64,000 nt of DNA, taken from positions 20,584,001 to 20,648,000 of the forward strand of contig OZ059894.1 in assembly GCA_964057225.1 (NCBI GenBank). The letters run 5' to 3'. Made by a program: the position numbers and the translations under genes. Position 1 is the stretch's first letter. Each line of letters opens with the position of its first letter. Source of the stretch: Auanema rhodensis (taxonomy: Eukaryota > Animalia > Nematoda). Below, piece by piece: positions 38,601 to 52,800 of this stretch. Under the pieces are notes generated by a model, which saw only the letters and a list, made by a program, of their open reading frames with translations, did not search any database and was not told where the DNA came from.

Positions 38601-41417
38601 TCCGCATCGAATGCACTATACTACATTGAGAAACGCTAAATACAAAAATTAGTTATGATCGTTTGAAAAATGATGCATTAGTGTATGTTGAGTTTCCATG
38701 TACACTCAACATTGCTTCCAAAAACATTTTGACAAAAATTTTTTCGAAAAATTTCAAAATAATTTAGCAAAAAGTAGATGTTTTTAGATTCCATTTTTCA
38801 AGGCAAAGACGATGGACAATGTTATTCAACGAAAAAATTAATTCTTCAGGGTGAAAATCGAGGATATAAGTGTGAACTTATATCAGTTGATATCTCGGTG
38901 CATTTTTAAGCTAGCGCAAATCTGATAACACAGATCGACGCAGCTTCAAAATCCGCATCGAATGCACTATACTTCATTGAGAAACGCTTAATACAAAAAT
39001 TAGTTATGATCGTTTGAAAAATGATGCATTAGTGTATGTTGAGTTTCCATGTACACTCAACATTGCTTCCAAAAACATTTTGACAAAAATTTTTTCGAAA
39101 AATTTCAAAATAATTTAGCAAAAAGTAGATGTTTTTAGATTCCTTTTTTCAAGGCAAAGACGATGGACAATGTTATTCAACGAAAAAATTAATTCTTCAG
39201 GGTGAAAATCGAGGATATAAGTGTGAACTTATATCAGTTGATATCTCGGTGCATTTTTAAGCTAGCGCAAATCTGATAACACAGATCGACGCAGCTTAAA
39301 AATCCGCATCGAATGCACTATACTACATTGAGAAACGCTTAATACAAAAATTAGTTATGATCGTTTGAAAAATGATGCATTAGTGTATGTTGAGTTTCCA
39401 TGTACACTCAACATTGCTTCCAAAAACATTTTGACAAAAATTTTTTCGAAAAATTTCAAAATAATTTAGCAAAAAGTAGATGTTTTTAGATTCCTTTTTT
39501 CAAGGCAAAGACGATGGACAAAGTTATTCAACGAAAAAATTAATTCTTCAGGGTGAAAATCGAGGATATAAGTGTAAACTTATATCAGTTGATATCTCGG
39601 TGCATTTTTAAGCTAGCGCAAATCTGATAACACAGAACGACGCAGCTTAAAAATTCGCATCGAATGCACTATACTACATTGAGAAACGCTTAATACAAAA
39701 ATTAGTTATGATCGTTTGAAAAATGATGCATTAGTGTATGTTGAGTTTCCATGTACACTCAACATTGCTTCCAAAAACATTTTGACAAAAATTTTTTCGA
39801 AAAATTTCGAAAAAATTTAGCAAAAAGTAGATGTTTTTAGATTCCATTTTTCAAGGCAAAGACGATGGACAATGTTATTCAACGAAAAAATTAATTCTTC
39901 AGGGTGAAAATCGAGGATATAAGTGTGAACTTATATCAGTTGATATCTCGGTGCATTTTTAAGCTAGCGCAAATCTGATAACACAGATCGACGCAGCTTC
40001 AAAATCCGCATCGAATGCACTATACTACATTGAGAAACGCTTAATACAAAAATTAGTTATGATCGTTTGAAAAATGATGCATTAGTGTATGTTGAGTTTC
40101 CATGTACACTCAACATTGCTTCCAAAAACATTTTGACAAAAATTTTTTCGAGAAATTTCAAAATAATTTAGCAAAAAGTAGATGTTTTTAGATTCCTTTT
40201 TTCAAGGCAAAGACGATGGACAATGTTATTCAACGAAAAAATTAATTCTTCAGGGTGAAAATCGAGGATATAAGTGTGAACTTATATCAGTTGATATCTC
40301 TGTGCATTTTTAAGCTAGCGCAAATCTGATAACACAGATCGACGCAACTTAAAAATCCGCATCGAATGCACTATACTACATTGAGAAACGCTTAATACAA
40401 AAATTAGTTATGATCGTTTGAAAAATGATGCATTAGTGTATGTTGAGTTTCCATGTACACTCAACATTGCTTCCAAAAACATTTTGACAAAAATTTTTTC
40501 GAAAAATTTCAAAATAATTTAGCAAAAAGTAGATGTTTTTAGATTCCTTTTTTCAAGGCAAAGACGATGGACAATGTTATTCAACGAAAAAATCAATTCA
40601 TCAGGGTGAAAATCGAGGATATAAGTGTGAACTTATATCAGTTGATATCTCGGTGCATTTTTAAGCTAGCGCAAATCTGATAACACAGATCGACGCAGCT
40701 TCAAAATCCGCATCGAATGCACTATACTACATTGAGAAACGCTTAATACAAAAATTAGTTATGATCGTTTGAAAAATGATGCATTAGTGTATGTTGAGTT
40801 TCCATGTACACTCAACATTGCTTCCAAAAACATTTTGACAAAAATTTTTTCGAGAAATTTCAAAATAATTCAGCAAAAAGTAGATGTTTTTAGATTCCTT
40901 TTTTCAAGGCAAAGACGATGGACAATGTTATTCAACGAAAAAATTAATTCTTCAGGGTGAAAATCGAGGATATAAGTGTGAACTTATATCAGTTGATATC
41001 TCGGTGAATTTTTAAGCTAGCGCGAATCTGATAACACAGATCGACGCAGCTTAAAAATCCGCATCGAATGCACTATACTACATTGAGAAACGCTTAATAC
41101 AAAAATTAGTTATGATCGTTTGAAAAATGATGCATTAGTGTATGTTGAGTTTCCATGTACACTCAACATTGCTTCCAAAAACATTTTGACAAAAATTTTT
41201 TCGAAAAATTTCAAAATAATTTAGCAAAAAGTAGATGTTTTTAGATTTCTTTTTTCAAGGCAAAGACGATGGACAATGTTATTCAACGAAAAAATTAATT
41301 CTTCAGGGTGAAAATCGAGGATATAAGTGTGAACTTATATCAGTTGATATCTCGGTGCATTTTTAAGCTAGCGCAAATCTGATAACACAGATCGACGCAG
41401 CTTAAAAATCCGCATCG

Positions 41418-44400
41418 AATGCACTATACTACATTGAGAAACGCTTAATACAAAAATTAGTTATGATCGTTTGAAAAATGATGCATTAGTGTATGTTGAG
41501 TTTCCATGTACACTCAACATTGCTTCCAAAAACATTTTGACAAAAATTTTTTCGAGAAATTTCAAAATAATTTAGCAAAAAGTAGATGTTTTTAGATTCC
41601 TTTTTTCAAGGCAAAGACGATGGACAATGTTATTCAACGAAAAAATTAATTCTTCAGGGTGAAAATCGAGGATATAAGTGTGAACTTATATCAGTTGATA
41701 TCTCTGTGCATTTTTAAGCTAGCGCAAATCTGATAACACAGATCGACGCAACTTAAAAATCCGCATCGAATGCACTATACTACATTGAGAAACGCTTAAT
41801 ACAAAAATTAGTTATGATCGTTTGAAAAATGATGCATTAGTGTATGTTGAGTTTCCATGTACACTCAACATTGCTTCCAAAAACATTTTGACAAAAATTT
41901 TTTCGAAAAATTTCAAAATAATTTAGCAAAAAGTAGATGTTTTTAGATTCCTTTTTTCAAGGCAAAGACGATGGACAATGTTATTCAACGAAAAAATCAA
42001 TTCATCAGGGTGAAAATCGAGGATATAAGTGTGAACTTATATCAGTTGATATCTCGGTGCATTTTTAAGCTAGCGCAAATCTGATAACACAGATCGACGC
42101 AGCTTCAAAATCCGCATCGAATGCACTATACTACATTGAGAAACGCTTAATACAAAAATTAGTTATGATCGTTTGAAAAATGATGCATTAGTGTATGTTG
42201 AGTTTCCATGTACACTCAACATTGCTTCCAAAAACATTTTGACAAAAATTTTTTCGAGAAATTTCAAAATAATTCAGCAAAAAGTAGATGTTTTTAGATT
42301 CCTTTTTTCAAGGCAAAGACGATGGACAATGTTATTCAACGAAAAAATTAATTCTTCAGGGTGAAAATCGAGGATATAAGTGTGAACTTATATCAGTTGA
42401 TATCTCGGTGAATTTTTAAGCTAGCGCGAATCTGATAACACAGATCGACGCAGCTTAAAAATCCGCATCGAATGCACTATACTACATTGAGAAACGCTTA
42501 ATACAAAAATTAGTTATGATCGTTTGAAAAATGATGCATTAGTGTATGTTGAGTTTCCATGTACACTCAACATTGCTTCCAAAAACATTTTGACAAAAAT
42601 TTTTTCGAAAAATTTCAAAATAATTTAGCAAAAAGTAGATGTTTTTAGATTCCTTTTTTCAAGGCAAAGACGATGGACAATGTTATTCAACGAAAAAATT
42701 AATTCTTCAGGGTGAAAATCGAGGATATAAGTGTGAACTTATATCAGTTGATATCTCGGTGCATTTTTAAGCTAGCGCAAATCTGATAACACAGATCGAC
42801 GCAGCTTAAAAATCCGCATCGAATGCACTATACTACATTGAGAAACGCTTAATACAAAAATTAGTTATGATCGTTTGAAAAATGATGCATTAGTGTATGT
42901 TGAGTTTCCATGTACACTCAACATTGCTTCCAAAAACATTTTGACAAAAATTTTTTCGAGAAATTTCAAAATAATTTAGCAAAAAGTAGATGTTTTTAGA
43001 TTCCTTTTTTCAAGGCAAAGACGATGGACAATGTTATTCAACGAAAAAATTAATTCTTCAGGGTGAAAATCGAGGATATAAGTGTGAACTTATATCAGTT
43101 GATATCTCGGTGCATTTTTAAGCTAGCGCAAATCTGATAACACAGATCGACGCAGCTTAAAAATCCGCATCGAATGCACTATACTACATTGAGAAACGCT
43201 TAATACAAGAATTAGTTATGATCGTTTGAAAAATGATACATTAGTGTATGTTGAGTTTCCATGTACACTCAACATTGCTTCCAAAAACATTTTGACAAAA
43301 ATTTTTTCGAAAAATTTCAAAATAATTTAGCAAAAAGTAGATGTTTTTAGATTCCTTTTTTCAAGGCAAAGACGATGGACAAAGTTATTCAACGAAAAAA
43401 TTAATTCTTCAGGGTGAAAATCGAGGATATAAGTGTAAACTTATATCAGTTGATATCTCGGTGCATTTTTAAGCTAGCGCAAATCTGATAACACAGAACG
43501 ACGCAGCTTAAAAATTCGCATCGAATGCACTATACTACATTGAGAAACGCTTAATACAAAAATTAGTTATGATCGTTTGAAAAATGATGCATTAGTGTAT
43601 GTTGAGTTTCCATGTACACTCAACATTGCTTCCAAAAACATTTTGACAAAAATTTTTTCGAAAAATTTCGAAATAATTTAGCAAAAAGTAGATGTTTTTA
43701 GATTCCATTTTTCAAGGCAAAGACGATGGACAATGTTATTCAACGAAAAAAATTAATTCTTCAGGGTGAAAATCGAGGATATAAGTGTGAACTTATATCA
43801 GTTGATATCTCGGTGCATTTTTAAGCTAGCGCGAATCTGATAACACAGATCGACGCAGCTTAAAAATCCGCATCGAATGCACTATACTACATTGAGAAAC
43901 GCTTAATACAAAAATTAGTTATGATCGTTTGAAAAATGATGCATTAGTGTATGTTGAGTTTCCATGTACACTCAACATTGCTTCCAAAAACATTTTGACA
44001 AAAATTTTTTCGAAAAATTTCAAAATAATTTAGCAAAAAGTAGATGTTTTTAGATTCCTTTTTTCAAGGCAAAGACGATGGACAATGTTATTCAACGAAA
44101 AAATTAATTCTTCAGGGTGAAAATCGAGGATATAAGTGTGAACTTATATCAGTTGATATCTCGGTGCATTTTTAAGCTAGCGCAAATCTGATAACACAGA
44201 TCGACGCAGCTTAAAAATCCGCATCGAATGCACTATACTACATTGAGAAACGCTTAATACAAAAATTAGTTATGATCGTTTGAAAAATGATGCATTAGTG
44301 TATGTTGAGTTTCCATGTACACTCAACATTGCTTCCAAAAACATTTTGACAAAAATTTTTTCGAAAAATTTCAGAATAATTTAGCAAAAAGTAGATGTTT

Positions 44401-47400
44401 TTAGATTCCTTTTTTCAAGGCAAAGACGATGGACAAAGTTATTCAACGAAAAAATTAATTCTTCAGGGTGAAAATCGAGGATATAAGTGTAAACTTATAT
44501 CAGTTGATATCTCGGTGCATTTTTAAGCTAGCGCAAATCTGATAACACAGAACGACGCAGCTTAAAAATTCGCATCGAATGCACTATACTACATTGAGAA
44601 ACGCTTAATACAAAAATTAGTTATGATCGTTTGAAAAATGATGCATTAGTGTATGTTGAGTTTCCATGTACACTCAACATTGCTTCCAAAAACATTTTGA
44701 CAAAAATTTTTTCGAAAAATTTCGAAATAATTTAGCAAAAAGTAGATGTTTTTAGATTCCATTTTTCAAGGCAAAGACGATGGACAATGTTATTCAACGA
44801 AAAAAATTAATTCTTCAGGGTGAAAATCGAGGATATAAGTGTGAACTTATATCAGTTGATATCTCGGTGCATTTTTAAGCTAGCGCGAATCTGATAACAC
44901 AGATCGACGCAGCTTAAAAATCCGCATCGAATGCACTATACTACATTGAGAAACGCTTAATACAAAAATTAGTTATGATCGTTTGAAAAATGATGCATTA
45001 GTGTATGTTGAGTTTCCATGTACACTCAACATTGCTTCCAAAAACATTTTGACAAAAATTTTTTCGAGAAATTTCAAAATAATTTAGCAAAAAGTAGATG
45101 TTTTTAGATTCCTTTTTTCAAGGCAAAGACGATGGACAATGTTATTCAACGAAAAAATTAATTCTTCAGGGTGAAAATCGAGGATATAAGTGTGAACTTA
45201 TATCAGTTGATATCTCTGTGCATTTTTAAGCTAGCGCAAATCTGATAACACAGATCGACGCAACTTAAAAATCCGCATCGAATGCACTATACTACATTGA
45301 GAAACGCTTAATACAAAAATTAGTTATGATCGTTTGAAAAATGATGCATTAGTGTATGTTGAGTTTCCATGTACACTCAACATTGCTTCCAAAAACATTT
45401 TGACAAAAATTTTTTCGAAAAATTTCAAAATAATTTAGCAAAAAGTAGATGTTTTTAGATTCCTTTTTTCAAGGCAAAGACGATGGACAATGTTATTCAA
45501 CGAAAAAATCAATTCATCAGGGTGAAAATCGAGGATATAAGTGTGAACTTATATCAGTTGATATCTCGGTGCATTTTTAAGCTAGCGCAAATCTGATAAC
45601 ACAGATCGACGCAGCTTCAAAATCCGCATCGAATGCACTATACTACATTGAGAAACGCTTAATACAAAAATTAGTTATGATCGTTTGAAAAATGATGCAT
45701 TAGTGTATGTTGAGTTTCCATGTACACTCAACATTGCTTCCAAAAACATTTTGACAAAAATTTTTTCGAGAAATTTCAAAATAATTCAGCAAAAAGTAGA
45801 TGTTTTTAGATTCCTTTTTTCAAGGCAAAGACGATGGACAATGTTATTCAACGAAAAAATTAATTCTTCAGGGTGAAAATCGAGGATATAAGTGTGAACT
45901 TATATCAGTTGATATCTCGGTGAATTTTTAAGCTAGCGCGAATCTGATAACACAGATCGACGCAGCTTAAAAATCCGCATCGAATGCACTATACTACATT
46001 GAGAAACGCTTAATACAAAAATTAGTTATGATCGTTTGAAAAATGATGCATTAGTGTATGTTGAGTTTCCATGTACACTCAACATTGCTTCCAAAAACAT
46101 TTTGACAAAAATTTTTTCGAAAAATTTCAAAATAATTTAGCAAAAAGTAGATGTTTTTAGATTCCTTTTTTCAAGGCAAAGACGATGGACAATGTTATTC
46201 AACGAAAAAATTAATTCTTCAGGGTGAAAATCGAGGATATAAGTGTGAACTTATATCAGTTGATATCTCGGTGCATTTTTAAGCTAGCGCAAATCTGATA
46301 ACACAGATCGACGCAGCTTAAAAATCCGCATCGAATGCACTATACTACATTGAGAAACGCTTAATACAAAAATTAGTTATGATCGTTTGAAAAATGATGC
46401 ATTAGTGTATGTTGAGTTTCCATGTACACTCAACATTGCTTCCAAAAACATTTTGACAAAAATTTTTTCGAGAAATTTCAAAATAATTTAGCAAAAAGTA
46501 GATGTTTTTAGATTCCTTTTTTCAAGGCAAAGACGATGGACAATGTTATTCAACGAAAAAATTAATTCTTCAGGGTGAAAATCGAGGATATAAGTGTGAA
46601 CTTATATCAGTTGATATCTCGGTGCATTTTTAAGCTAGCGCAAATCTGATAACACAGATCGACGCAGCTTAAAAATCCGCATCGAATGCACTATACTACA
46701 TTGAGAAACGCTTAATACAAGAATTAGTTATGATCGTTTGAAAAATGATACATTAGTGTATGTTGAGTTTCCATGTACACTCAACATTGCTTCCAAAAAC
46801 ATTTTGACAAAAATTTTTTCGAAAAATTTCAAAATAATTTAGCAAAAAGTAGATGTTTTTAGATTCCTTTTTTCAAGGCAAAGACGATGGACAAAGTTAT
46901 TCAACGAAAAAATTAATTCTTCAGGGTGAAAATCGAGGATATAAGTGTAAACTTATATCAGTTGATATCTCGGTGCATTTTTAAGCTAGCGCAAATCTGA
47001 TAACACAGAACGACGCAGCTTAAAAATTCGCATCGAATGCACTATACTACATTGAGAAACGCTTAATACAAAAATTAGTTATGATCGTTTGAAAAATGAT
47101 GCATTAGTGTATGTTGAGTTTCCATGTACACTCAACATTGCTTCCAAAAACATTTTGACAAAAATTTTTTCGAAAAATTTCGAAATAATTTAGCAAAAAG
47201 TAGATGTTTTTAGATTCCATTTTTCAAGGCAAAGACGATGGACAATGTTATTCAACGAAAAAAATTAATTCTTCAGGGTGAAAATCGAGGATATAAGTGT
47301 GAACTTATATCAGTTGATATCTCGGTGCATTTTTAAGCTAGCGCGAATCTGATAACACAGATCGACGCAGCTTAAAAATCCGCATCGAATGCACTATACT

Positions 47401-49845
47401 ACATTGAGAAACGCTTAATACAAAAATTAGTTATGATCGTTTGAAAAATGATGCATTAGTGTATGTTGAGTTTCCATGTACACTCAACATTGCTTCCAAA
47501 AACATTTTGACAAAAATTTTTTCGAAAAATTTCAAAATAATTTAGCAAAAAGTAGATGTTTTTAGATTCCTTTTTTCAAGGCAAAGACGATGGACAATGT
47601 TATTCAACGAAAAAATTAATTCTTCAGGGTGAAAATCGAGGATATAAGTGTGAACTTATATCAGTTGATATCTCGGTGCATTTTTAAGCTAGCGCAAATC
47701 TGATAACACAGATCGACGCAGCTTAAAAATCCGCATCGAATGCACTATACTACATTGAGAAACGCTTAATACAAAAATTAGTTATGATCGTTTGAAAAAT
47801 GATGCATTAGTGTATGTTGAGTTTCCATGTACACTCAACATTGCTTCCAAAAACATTTTGACAAAAATTTTTTCGAAAAATTTCAGAATAATTTAGCAAA
47901 AAGTAGATGTTTTTAGATTCCTTTTTTCAAGGCAAAGACGATGGACAAAGTTATTCAACGAAAAAATTAATTCTTCAGGGTGAAAATCGAGGATATAAGT
48001 GTAAACTTATATCAGTTGATATCTCGGTGCATTTTTAAGCTAGCGCAAATCTGATAACACAGAACGACGCAGCTTAAAAATTCGCATCGAATGCACTATA
48101 CTACATTGAGAAACGCTTAATACAAAAATTAGTTATGATCGTTTGAAAAATGATGCATTAGTGTATGTTGAGTTTCCATGTACACTCAACATTGCTTCCA
48201 AAAACATTTTGACAAAAATTTTTTCGAAAAATTTCGAAATAATTTAGCAAAAAGTAGATGTTTTTAGATTCCATTTTTCAAGGCAAAGACGATGGACAAT
48301 GTTATTCAACGAAAAAAATTAATTCTTCAGGGTGAAAATCGAGGATATAAGTGTGAACTTATATCAGTTGATATCTCGGTGCATTTTTAAGCTAGCGCGA
48401 ATCTGATAACACAGATCGACGCAGCTTCAAAATCCGCATCGAATGCACTATACTACATTGAGAAACGCTTAATACAAAAATTAGTTATGATCGTTTGAAA
48501 AATGATGCATTAGTGTATGTTGAGTTTCCATGTACACTCAACATTGCTTCCAAAAACATTTTGACAAAAATTTTTTCGAAAAATTTCGAAATAATTTAGC
48601 AAAAAGTAGATGTTTTTAGATTCCATTTTTCAAGGCAAAGACGATGGACAATGTTATTCAACGAAAAAATTAATTCTTCAGGGTGAAAATCGAGGATATA
48701 AGTGTGAACTTATATCAGTTGATATCTCGGTGCATTTTTAAGCTAGCGCAAATCTGATAACACAGATCGACGCAACTTAAAAATCCGCATCGAATGCACT
48801 ATACTACATTGAGAAACGCTTAATACAAAAATTAGTTATGATCGTTTGAAAAATGATGCATTAGTGTATGTTGAGTTTCCATGTACACTCAACATTGCTT
48901 CCAAAAACATTTTGACAAAAATTTTTTCGAAAAATTTCAAAATAATTTAGCAAAAAGTAGATGTTTTTAGATTCCTTTTTTCAAGGCAAAGACGATGGAC
49001 AATGTTATTCAACGAAAAAATCAATTCATCAGGGTGAAAATCGAGGATATAAGTGTGAACTTATATCAGTTGATATCTCGGTGCATTTTTAAGCTAGCGC
49101 AAATCTGATAACACAGATCGACGCAGCTTCAAAATCCGCATCGAATGCACTATACTACATTGAGAAACGCTTAATACAAAAATTAGTTATGATCGTTTGA
49201 AAAATGATGCATTAGTGTATGTTGAGTTTCCATGTACACTCAACATTGCTTCCAAAAACATTTTGACAAAAATTTTTTCGAGAAATTTCAAAATAATTCA
49301 GCAAAAAGTAGATGTTTTTAGATTCCTTTTTTCAAGGCAAAGACGATGGACAATGTTATTCAACGAAAAAATTAATTCTTCAGGGTGAAAATCGAGGATA
49401 TAAGTGTGAACTTATATCAGTTGATATCTCGGTGAATTTTTAAGCTAGCGCGAATCTGATAACACAGATCGACGCAGCTTAAAAATCCGCATCGAATGCA
49501 CTATACTACATTGAGAAACGCTTAATACAAAAATTAGTTATGATCGTTTGAAAAATGATGCATTAGTGTATGTTGAGTTTCCATGTACACTCAACATTGC
49601 TTCCAAAAACATTTTGACAAAAATTTTTTCGAAAAATTTCAAAATAATTTAGCAAAAAGTAGATGTTTTTAGATTCCTTTTTTCAAGGCAAAGACGATGG
49701 ACAATGTTATTCAACGAAAAAATTAATTCTTCAGGGTGAAAATCGAGGATATAAGTGTGAACTTATATCAGTTGATATCTCGGTGCATTTTTAAGCTAGC
49801 GCAAATCTGATAACACAGATCGACGCAGCTTAAAAATCCGCATCG
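41418..49845. repeat. 10-monomer HOR (3512 bp), ~2.4 copies
   Basis: ATTCAGC copies (ORFs at 42173, 45685, 49197), CAAGAA+GATACA (~43209/~46721), CTCTGTG (~41705/~45217) and two A7 insertions per unit recur at 3512 bp. Confidence 0.88.
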
Positions 49846-52800
49846 AATGCACTATACTACATTGAGAAACGCTTAATACAAAAATTAGTTATGATCGTTT
49901 GAAAAATGATGCATTAGTGTATGTTGAGTTTCCATGTACACTCAACATTGCTTCCAAAAACATTTTGACAAAAATTTTTTCGAAAAATTTCGAAATAATT
50001 TAGCAAAAAGTAGATGTTTTTAGATTCCATTTTTCAAGGCAAAGACGATGGACAATGTTATTCAACGAAAAAATTAATTCTTCAGGGTGAAAATCGAGGA
50101 TATAAGTGTGAACTTATATCAGTTGATATCTCGGTGCATTTTTAAGCTAGCGCAAATCTGATAACACAGATCGACGCAACTTAAAAATCCGCATCGAATG
50201 CACTATACTACATTGAGAAACGCTTAATACAAAAATTAGTTATGATCGTTTGAAAAATGATGCATTAGTGTATGTTGAGTTTCCATGTACACTCAACATT
50301 GCTTCCAAAAACATTTTGACAAAAATTTTTTCGAAAAATTTCAAAATAATTTAGCAAAAAGTAGATGTTTTTAGATTCCTTTTTTCAAGGCAAAGACGAT
50401 GGACAATGTTATTCAACGAAAAAATCAATTCATCAGGGTGAAAATCGAGGATATAAGTGTGAACTTATATCAGTTGATATCTCGGTGCATTTTTAAGCTA
50501 GCGCAAATCTGATAACACAGATCGACGCAGCTTCAAAATCCGCATCGAATGCACTATACTACATTGAGAAACGCTTAATACAAAAATTAGTTATGATCGT
50601 TTGAAAAATGATGCATTAGTGTATGTTGAGTTTCCATGTACACTCAACATTGCTTCCAAAAACATTTTGACAAAAATTTTTTCGAGAAATTTCAAAATAA
50701 TTCAGCAAAAAGTAGATGTTTTTAGATTCCTTTTTTCAAGGCAAAGACGATGGACAATGTTATTCAACGAAAAAATTAATTCTTCAGGGTGAAAATCGAG
50801 GATATAAGTGTGAACTTATATCAGTTGATATCTCGGTGAATTTTTAAGCTAGCGCGAATCTGATAACACAGATCGACGCAGCTTAAAAATCCGCATCGAA
50901 TGCACTATACTACATTGAGAAACGCTTAATACAAAAATTAGTTATGATCGTTTGAAAAATGATGCATTAGTGTATGTTGAGTTTCCATGTACACTCAACA
51001 TTGCTTCCAAAAACATTTTGACAAAAATTTTTTCGAAAAATTTCAAAATAATTTAGCAAAAAGTAGATGTTTTTAGATTCCTTTTTTCAAGGCAAAGACG
51101 ATGGACAATGTTATTCAACGAAAAAATTAATTCTTCAGGGTGAAAATCGAGGATATAAGTGTGAACTTATATCAGTTGATATCTCGGTGCATTTTTAAGC
51201 TAGCGCAAATCTGATAACACAGATCGACGCAGCTTAAAAATCCGCATCGAATGCACTATACTACATTGAGAAACGCTTAATACAAAAATTAGTTATGATC
51301 GTTTGAAAAATGATGCATTAGTGTATGTTGAGTTTCCATGTACACTCAACATTGCTTCCAAAAACATTTTGACAAAAATTTTTTCGAGAAATTTCAAAAT
51401 AATTTAGCAAAAAGTAGATGTTTTTAGATTCCTTTTTTCAAGGCAAAGACGATGGACAATGTTATTCAACGAAAAAATTAATTCTTCAGGGTGAAAATCG
51501 AGGATATAAGTGTGAACTTATATCAGTTGATATCTCGGTGCATTTTTAAGCTAGCGCAAATCTGATAACACAGATCGACGCAGCTTAAAAATCCGCATCG
51601 AATGCACTATACTACATTGAGAAACGCTTAATACAAGAATTAGTTATGATCGTTTGAAAAATGATACATTAGTGTATGTTGAGTTTCCATGTACACTCAA
51701 CATTGCTTCCAAAAACATTTTGACAAAAATTTTTTCGAAAAATTTCAAAATAATTTAGCAAAAAGTAGATGTTTTTAGATTCCTTTTTTCAAGGCAAAGA
51801 CGATGGACAATGTTATTCAACGAAAAAATTAATTCTTCAGGGTGAAAATCGAGGATATAAGTGTGAACTTATATCAGTTGATATCTCGGTGCATTTTTAA
51901 GCTAGCGCAAATCTGATAACACAGATCGACGCAGCTTAAAAATCCGCATCGAATGCACTATACTACATTGAGAAACGCTTAATACAAGAATTAGTTATGA
52001 TCGTTTGAAAAATGATACATTAGTGTATGTTGAGTTTCCATGTACACTCAACATTGCTTCCAAAAACATTTTGACAAAAATTTTTTCGAAAAATTTCGAA
52101 ATAATTTAGCAAAAAGTAGATTTTTAGATTCCATTTTTCAAGGCAAAGACGATGGACAATGTTATTCAACGAAAAAAATTAATTCTTCAGGGTGAAAATC
52201 GAGGATATAAGTGTGAACTTATATCAGTTGATATCTCGGTGCATTTTTAAGCTAGCGCGAATCTGATAACACAGATCGACGCAGCTTAAAAATCCGCATC
52301 GAATGCACTATACTACATTGAGAAACGCTTAATACAAAAATTAGTTATGATCGTTTGAAAAATGATGCATTAGTGTATGTTGAGTTTCCATGTACACTCA
52401 ACATTGCTTCCAAAAACATTTTGACAAAAATTTTTTCGAAAAATTTCAAAATAATTTAGCAAAAAGTAGATGTTTTTAGATTCCTTTTTTCAAGGCAAAG
52501 ACGATGGACAATGTTATTCAACGAAAAAATTAATTCTTCAGGGTGAAAATCGAGGATATAAGTGTGAACTTATATCAGTTGATATCTCGGTGCATTTTTA
52601 AGCTAGCGCAAATCTGATAACACAGATCGACGCAGCTTAAAAATCCGCATCGAATGCACTATACTACATTGAGAAACGCTTAATACAAAAATTAGTTATG
52701 ATCGTTTGAAAAATGATGCATTAGTGTATGTTGAGTTTCCATGTACACTCAACATTGCTTCCAAAAACATTTTGACAAAAATTTTTTCGAAAAATTTCAG

